Of a stretch of DNA of 64,000 nt, positions 59,345 through 64,000 are shown in pieces; positions within the stretch are counted from its first letter, which is position 1, and the number at the start of each line of letters is the position of its first letter. Made by a program: the position numbers and the translations under genes. The stretch is taken from assembly GCA_050010755.1 (NCBI GenBank), contig JBEKKK010000001.1:1152001-1216000 (forward strand), written 5' to 3'. The stretch is from Candidatus Bathyarchaeia archaeon. Lineage in GTDB: Archaea; Thermoproteota; Bathyarchaeia; Bathyarchaeales; Bathycorpusculaceae. The notes under the pieces were generated by a model. The model had not been told where the DNA came from and did no database searches. It saw only the letters and a list, made by a program, of their open reading frames with translations.

Positions 59345-59604
59345 TCATTACACCACAAGACAATTTCCATCATCTGACTTTAAAGCCTTGCACACTCTCA
59401 ACACGAACTATCCATCCAAACATCACACAAACCTTACGCCAACAAAAAGAACATCCCTAGACTCTCAAAAATGGAACATGGTCGAGAGGAGACGGCTTGA
59501 AAAGCGAAAATAAGAGAATTGCAGCTTCGTTGCAAAACCGCTATCCTTAAATAAAATACACCTCATTTCTAGTTAGCCCCAAACATTAACATGGATGGCG
59601 ATAA

Positions 59605-60084
59605 ATGTCAGAAGAGTTCCGCCATAGACTTCGAATAATCGACACTGATGTAGATGGTACTTTGAAGGTTTCCTATGCGCTGGCAAAGATTAAGGGAGTC
59701 GGTCCCAGCTTGGCCGAGGCGATGCTCAGGAGGACGGGTATAAGTTCTGACAAAAGGGCGGGTTTTCTGTCGGAAACCGAGATTGACCGGTTGGAGGAGT
59801 TGATTAAGGATCCAGCGAAGGGTGGCTTGCCAAGTTGGCTTTTTAACAGGAGGAAGGAGCAGGAGACTGGAAAAGATAATCATTTGATAAGCTCCGATCT
59901 AGTTCTCAGAACGAAAATGGACATAGAAAAGATGAAGGAAATAAAATCTTGGCGTGGATATCGTCACGCTTATGGATTGAAGGTGAGGGGTCAAAGAACC
60001 AAGACAACCGGCAGGGCGGGCAAAGCTTTGGGTGTCAAGAAGAAAACGCTCATGCAGAGAGCAGCCGCAACGGAGAGCAAGTAA
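59605..60084 (+). CDS. rps13: 30S ribosomal protein uS13
   Basis: IKGVG, NRRK, WRGYRH..GLKVRGQRTKTTGR. Confidence 0.97.
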   Translation: MSEEFRHRLRIIDTDVDGTLKVSYALAKIKGVGPSLAEAMLRRTGISSDKRAGFLSETEIDRLEELIKDPAKGGLPSWLFNRRKEQETGKDNHLISSDLVLRTKMDIEKMKEIKSWRGYRHAYGLKVRGQRTKTTGRAGKALGVKKKTLMQRAAATESK

Positions 60085-60086
60085 CT

Positions 60087-60656
60087 ATGGGTGACCCGAA
60101 GAAACAGAGGAAGAAATACGCAACTCCCCGATTTCCTTGGCGGGCAGACATCATGCAGGCGGAGCTTAAACTTATCGGCGACTATGGGCTGCGAAATAAA
60201 CATGAACTTTGGCGGCATGAAACGCTGCTGTCGAAGTTCAGGGGCACAGCTCGCACGCTCATAGGCGAAACGCCTGAAGAACGCAAGAAGATGGAGAATG
60301 AGCTGTTAACTCGCCTTAAAAAACTCGGCGTACTCGACGAAACGGCAGTTTTGGACGATGTCTTAGACTTGACTATAGAGGATATCCTGGAGCGGCGGTT
60401 TCAGACAATCGTTCTTCGTAAGGGTCTGGCAAAGACGATGCAACAGTCTCGTCAATTGATAGGCCATGGACACATGTCGATAGGAAACCGGAGAGTCACA
60501 ACTCCGGGCTATATAGTGCCGAGACCTGAGGAAGCCCAGATAAGCTACACGCCCAAGAGTTCACTCGCGAACCCAGCTCATCCGTTGCGTCAGACAATAG
60601 CGGCGCCGCCGGCGGCAGAAACAAGATCGGCCAAACCACGGAGTGAAGAAGAATAA
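60087..60656 (+). CDS. rps4: 30S ribosomal protein uS4
   Basis: [28 protein letters not shown]. Confidence 0.97.
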   Translation: MGDPKKQRKKYATPRFPWRADIMQAELKLIGDYGLRNKHELWRHETLLSKFRGTARTLIGETPEERKKMENELLTRLKKLGVLDETAVLDDVLDLTIEDILERRFQTIVLRKGLAKTMQQSRQLIGHGHMSIGNRRVTTPGYIVPRPEEAQISYTPKSSLANPAHPLRQTIAAPPAAETRSAKPRSEEE

Positions 60657-61057
60657 TGAGCTCAAGCAAGAGAACCGAAAGATGGGCCGTCGTCCACATA
60701 TTCAGTTCCTATAACAACACGATAATACACATGACCGACATTTCGGGCGCCGAAACGATAGCCCGTACGTCGGGAGGCATGGTTGTCAAAGCCAGCAGGA
60801 TGGAGTCCTCACCCTATGCGGCGATGCGAGCCGCCTCGCTGGCCGCGGACATTGCTAGGGACAAGGGAATAACCGCGATCCACATCAAGGTCAGAGCCCC
60901 AGGGGGAGCGGGGCCAAGAACACCCGGTCCCGGCGCACAAGCTGCTATCAGAGCTTTGGCAAGAGCAGGGTTCAGAATTGAACGAATCGAGGAAGTAACG
61001 CCTGTACCGCACGATGGCACGAGAAGACCAGGCGGGAGAAGAGGAAGAAGAGTCTAG
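60656..61057 (+). CDS. rps11: 30S ribosomal protein uS11
   Basis: SSYNNT, SPYAA, PGPGAQ, TPVPHDG. Confidence 0.97.
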   Translation: MSSSKRTERWAVVHIFSSYNNTIIHMTDISGAETIARTSGGMVVKASRMESSPYAAMRAASLAADIARDKGITAIHIKVRAPGGAGPRTPGPGAQAAIRALARAGFRIERIEEVTPVPHDGTRRPGGRRGRRV

Positions 61058-61160
61058 ACGATAAGTAGGATAGTTCTTCTGATAGAAAAATTGAAATAAT
61101 GCACCAATGCTCTATTGAGCGGCACGGCAAAGTGAAACACTGTCACGGAGGTCCTTACAA

Positions 61161-61982
61161 GTGGAAATAAAGGTGCTTGAAAGAGACGAAACAAACATGC
61201 GTTTGCTCGTTCGAGGAGCCGATATTCCATTCATGAATGCGCTTAGAAGAATCGTGACCTCTGAAGTTCCGAGCATGGCCATAGACGAGATTGTAATCGT
61301 GGAGAACTCTTCCATACTCATGGACGAGACAATCGCCCACAGACTTGGTCTTATTCCACTGAAAACCGACTTGGACAGTTACAACCTGCCCGAGGAGTGT
61401 CCGTGCAAGAGTGAGTTCGGATGCAACCTCTGTCGAGTCACACTTGCGTTGGATGTGGAAGCAAAGGTGGAAGGAAGAACAGTCTATTCTGGTGACCTGG
61501 TTTCAGAGAACCCTAACGTTGTACCCGTTAGTGACAGAATTCCAATATTGAAACTGGCAAAAGAACAGAAAATAAAGCTGGAAGCTTACGCGAGGCTTGG
61601 AAAGGGCAAGAACCACGCGAAATGGGAACCAGTTTCAATGTGCACCTACAAGTATTATCCGAAAATAGAGATATCGAAAAACTGCAGCGCGTGCGGCAAA
61701 TGCGTGGAGATGTGTCCCAGAAAAGTTCTGGTGAAAAAAGGCAACAGCATCGAAGTGAATGATTTGATCTCTTGTACTCTCTGCCACGACTGCGCCAATG
61801 CTTGTCCAGAGAGTCCCCTTGCAATACACGTTTCAGGAGAAGAAAACGCATTTATATTCAATCTGGAATCTACGAGTGCGCTACCTCCGGAAAGGATAAT
61901 GGCCGAAGCCAGCAAAATTCTGGAAAAACATCTGAAGGAACTTGAGGGTGAAATCAAGGTGAGAAAGAGTGAAAAAGGCTAA
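61161..61982 (+). CDS. rpoD: RNA polymerase subunit D (Rpo3) with a 2x[4Fe-4S] domain
   Basis: NALRR, HRLGLIP, HAKW; CSACGKCVEMCP and CTLCHDCANACP. Confidence 0.96.
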   Translation: MEIKVLERDETNMRLLVRGADIPFMNALRRIVTSEVPSMAIDEIVIVENSSILMDETIAHRLGLIPLKTDLDSYNLPEECPCKSEFGCNLCRVTLALDVEAKVEGRTVYSGDLVSENPNVVPVSDRIPILKLAKEQKIKLEAYARLGKGKNHAKWEPVSMCTYKYYPKIEISKNCSACGKCVEMCPRKVLVKKGNSIEVNDLISCTLCHDCANACPESPLAIHVSGEENAFIFNLESTSALPPERIMAEASKILEKHLKELEGEIKVRKSEKG

Positions 61983-62331
61983 ACCGACGAACCCGGAACT
62001 TCTGGAACTCGCCAGTTCTCTCAAGAAGCAGAGCAGGGAAAGCAAGGCGAAAGTCTGGCGAGATATTGCCGAACGCTTAGTCAAGTCTAGAAGAAGACGG
62101 ATATCCGTGAACCTGAGCCGTCTGGACAGGTATACCTCCAGAAACGAGACAGTGGCTGTTCCTGGCAAGGTACTGGCGGCGGGTGAGATAACACATCCCA
62201 TAACCGTTGCGGCATTCACTTTCTCGGGAAAAGCTGAAGAAAAAATAAAAGCTGCAAGGGGAAAATGCGTTTCTTTCTCTGATCTTGCTAAGAAGAACCC
62301 GAAAGGCTCAAACGTGAAAATTATTGGGTGA
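61969..62331 (+). CDS. rpl18e: 50S ribosomal protein eL18
   Basis: TNP, VNLSRL, VPGKVL, AAFTFS. Confidence 0.95.
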   Translation: MKKAKPTNPELLELASSLKKQSRESKAKVWRDIAERLVKSRRRRISVNLSRLDRYTSRNETVAVPGKVLAAGEITHPITVAAFTFSGKAEEKIKAARGKCVSFSDLAKKNPKGSNVKIIG

Positions 62332-62335
62332 AAAG

Positions 62336-62779
62336 ATGGAAACCGTGATCAAGACTGCGACCGTAATAGACGCTGATGGTCTTATTTTGGGCAGAATGGC
62401 TAGCGGCATCGCAAAGAGACTTTTAGAGGGCGAAAATATGATGATCGTCAATGCTGAAAAAGCTGTTCTCTCCGGGAAGAAAAGAAGCAAGGTGAACGAG
62501 GCTAAGACGTTTCTGGAAGTTGGAGGAGTAGGAAGAGGGCCTTATCACTACAGAAGGCCCGACAGAATAGTCAGAAAAGCCGTCAAAGGCATGCTTCCCA
62601 TTAGACAGCCGAAGGGCATTGAAGCTTACAGGAGACTGCAAGTGTTCATTGGTGTCCCAGATGATCTCAAAGGCCAAAAAATTGGCACACTGACATATGC
62701 TCAAGCCAAAAAGTTGACTTGTCCATACTTTACGGTCGGCGAACTTGCGAAGGGAATAGGTTGGAATCAAGGAGGATAA
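62336..62779 (+). CDS. rpl13: 50S ribosomal protein uL13
   Basis: ILGRMAS, NAEK, GP...RP, VKGMLP. Confidence 0.95.
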   Translation: METVIKTATVIDADGLILGRMASGIAKRLLEGENMMIVNAEKAVLSGKKRSKVNEAKTFLEVGGVGRGPYHYRRPDRIVRKAVKGMLPIRQPKGIEAYRRLQVFIGVPDDLKGQKIGTLTYAQAKKLTCPYFTVGELAKGIGWNQGG

Positions 62780-62781
62780 GT

Positions 62782-63192
62782 ATGCCTGCCAAAAAGAGTT
62801 TAGTTGTTAGCGGAAAAAGAAAAACAGCTACTTCACGCGCAGTCGTAAGGGCTGGAATCGGAAAGGTACACGTTAGTAGAATTCCTGTAGAGATTTTTGA
62901 GCCTGAAATCGCGCGCGAGAAGATTATGGAGCCGCTCATCCAAGCTGGAGATGAGGTTCGCAACCAGCTGGACATAGATGTTACGATGTCCGGAGGGGGT
63001 TACATGGGTCAAGCTGAGGCGGCAAGGATGGCGATTGCCAACGCCATATTGAAATGGACCAAGAGTTCACACCTGCGCACGGTTTTCGCCGAGTACGACA
63101 GAACGATGATTGCCGGAGACAACAGGAAGAAAGAACCCAAGAAGTTCGGAGGACCAGGAGCCCGGTCGAGGGATCAGAAGAGCTACAGATAA
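62782..63192 (+). CDS. rps9: 30S ribosomal protein uS9
   Basis: GKRKTA, GGG.MGQAEA, EPKKFGGPGAR, QKSYR; SD ggagga. Confidence 0.97.
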   Translation: MPAKKSLVVSGKRKTATSRAVVRAGIGKVHVSRIPVEIFEPEIAREKIMEPLIQAGDEVRNQLDIDVTMSGGGYMGQAEAARMAIANAILKWTKSSHLRTVFAEYDRTMIAGDNRKKEPKKFGGPGARSRDQKSYR

Positions 63193-63207
63193 AGAGGTTT
63201 GGATCCG

Positions 63208-63438
63208 TTGATAATACCTGTCAGATGTTTCACTTGTGGCAAACTGGTTGGAGATAAATGGGAGGAGTTCGCCAGAAGGGTGAAAGCTGGAGAGGACGCT
63301 GGCGAAGTTTTGGACAGTCTTGCGGTCAAACGTTACTGTTGTAGACGCATGCTTCTCTCGCATGTGGAAATATTCGATGAGGTGCTGCGCTTTTACGAAG
63401 AGGCTGAAAAACGGAAAGAGGCAAGAAGCTACTACTAG
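63208..63438 (+). CDS. rpoN: RNA polymerase subunit N (Rpo10)
   Basis: [17 protein letters not shown]. Confidence 0.97.
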   Translation: MIIPVRCFTCGKLVGDKWEEFARRVKAGEDAGEVLDSLAVKRYCCRRMLLSHVEIFDEVLRFYEEAEKRKEARSYY

Positions 63439-63458
63439 ACCGATTGAAAGGGGAGACC

Positions 63459-64000
63459 ATGTCAACAATTATTGAAGACGTAATCGCAAGAAAGGTCTTC
63501 AACAACCGCGGAGAAGAAACGGTCGAGGTCGATATAATCACAACCTCGGGGTTCGGTCGGATTTCAGCACCCGCGGGAAAAAGCAGGGGGAAAGCGGAGG
63601 TCGTTTATTATCCGCAAGGCGGAGTTGAACAAGCGGTTAAGAAGGTTGAAGAACTAATAGCGCCGGAAATAGTGGGCTTAGGCGCCGATAGTCAAGAAGA
63701 GATCGACAAAACTCTGCACGATATCGATGGTTCAAAGGATTTTCGGGCAATCGGCGGCAACACAGCTTTCGCCGTCTCATTAGCCTGCGCCGAAGCCGCA
63801 GCCAACTCTTCTGGCTTACTGCTGTTTCAGTACTTAGGTGGGCATGTTGCGCACGAACTTCCGTATCCGCTTGGCAACACGATAAGCGGTGGGCAGCACG
63901 CTCAGGGAAAATCTCCTGACTTACAGGAGTTTCTGGTTCTGTCATACGGAGCCGAATCTTTCTTAGAAGCTGCGACGGCTAACATTGTGGTTCATAGACA
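63459..64000 (+). CDS. eno: Enolase, N-terminal part (runs off the window edge)
   Basis: Manual translation MSTIIEDVIARKVFNNRGEETVEVD...APAGKSRG..E...IGGN...GGQHA...QEF. Confidence 0.92.
   Translation, partial: MSTIIEDVIARKVFNNRGEETVEVDIITTSGFGRISAPAGKSRGKAEVVYYPQGGVEQAVKKVEELIAPEIVGLGADSQEEIDKTLHDIDGSKDFRAIGGNTAFAVSLACAEAAANSSGLLLFQYLGGHVAHELPYPLGNTISGGQHAQGKSPDLQEFLVLSYGAESFLEAATANIVVHR

Noticed and set aside
61660-61820. Fe-S domain in RpoD
   Set aside because: A known feature of many archaeal Rpo3 subunits.
1-64000. CRISPR array, IS elements, rRNA, Sec/Pyl read-through
   Set aside because: I saw no regularly spaced repeats, transposase motifs, rRNA sequence or in-frame UGA/UAG inside conserved genes. 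Most short ORFs in the track are shadow ORFs of real genes.

Overview
Archaeal chromosomal window, most likely Bathyarchaeia. The taxonomy is inferred from the rps13-rps4-rps11-rpoD-rpl18e-rpl13-rps9-rpoN-eno operon, aRF1, H4MPT enzymes Ftr and Mtd, AfpA, a Cren7-like protein and an EF-2 paralog. It is mostly housekeeping and metabolic DNA; I saw no CRISPR array, transposase or integrase. Highlights: (1) a three-subunit 2-oxoacid:ferredoxin oxidoreductase with oxalate-oxidoreductase signatures (YPIRP, no CoA P-loop) but an apparently altered active-site residue, 1.8 kb from a non-canonical GGT-family hydrolase; (2) unannotated structured-RNA candidates: a minus-strand hairpin with a tandem CUCCUUUCUCC loop, a ~240-nt ORF-free unit bounded by promoter- and terminator-like signals, and a multibranch leader overlapping the SD of a non-canonical EF-2; (3) a tRNA-Gly with a non-canonical 29/30 intron, plus an EndA subunit, RtcB and archease; (4) a two-copy dispersed intergenic repeat; (5) a duplicated ABC/padR promoter unit with reciprocal gene loss; (6) three disrupted genes and a Cren7-like gene missed by the ORF track. 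All family assignments come from motif recognition and recalled family sequences, and all RNA pairings were derived by hand. No database search or folding program was run.
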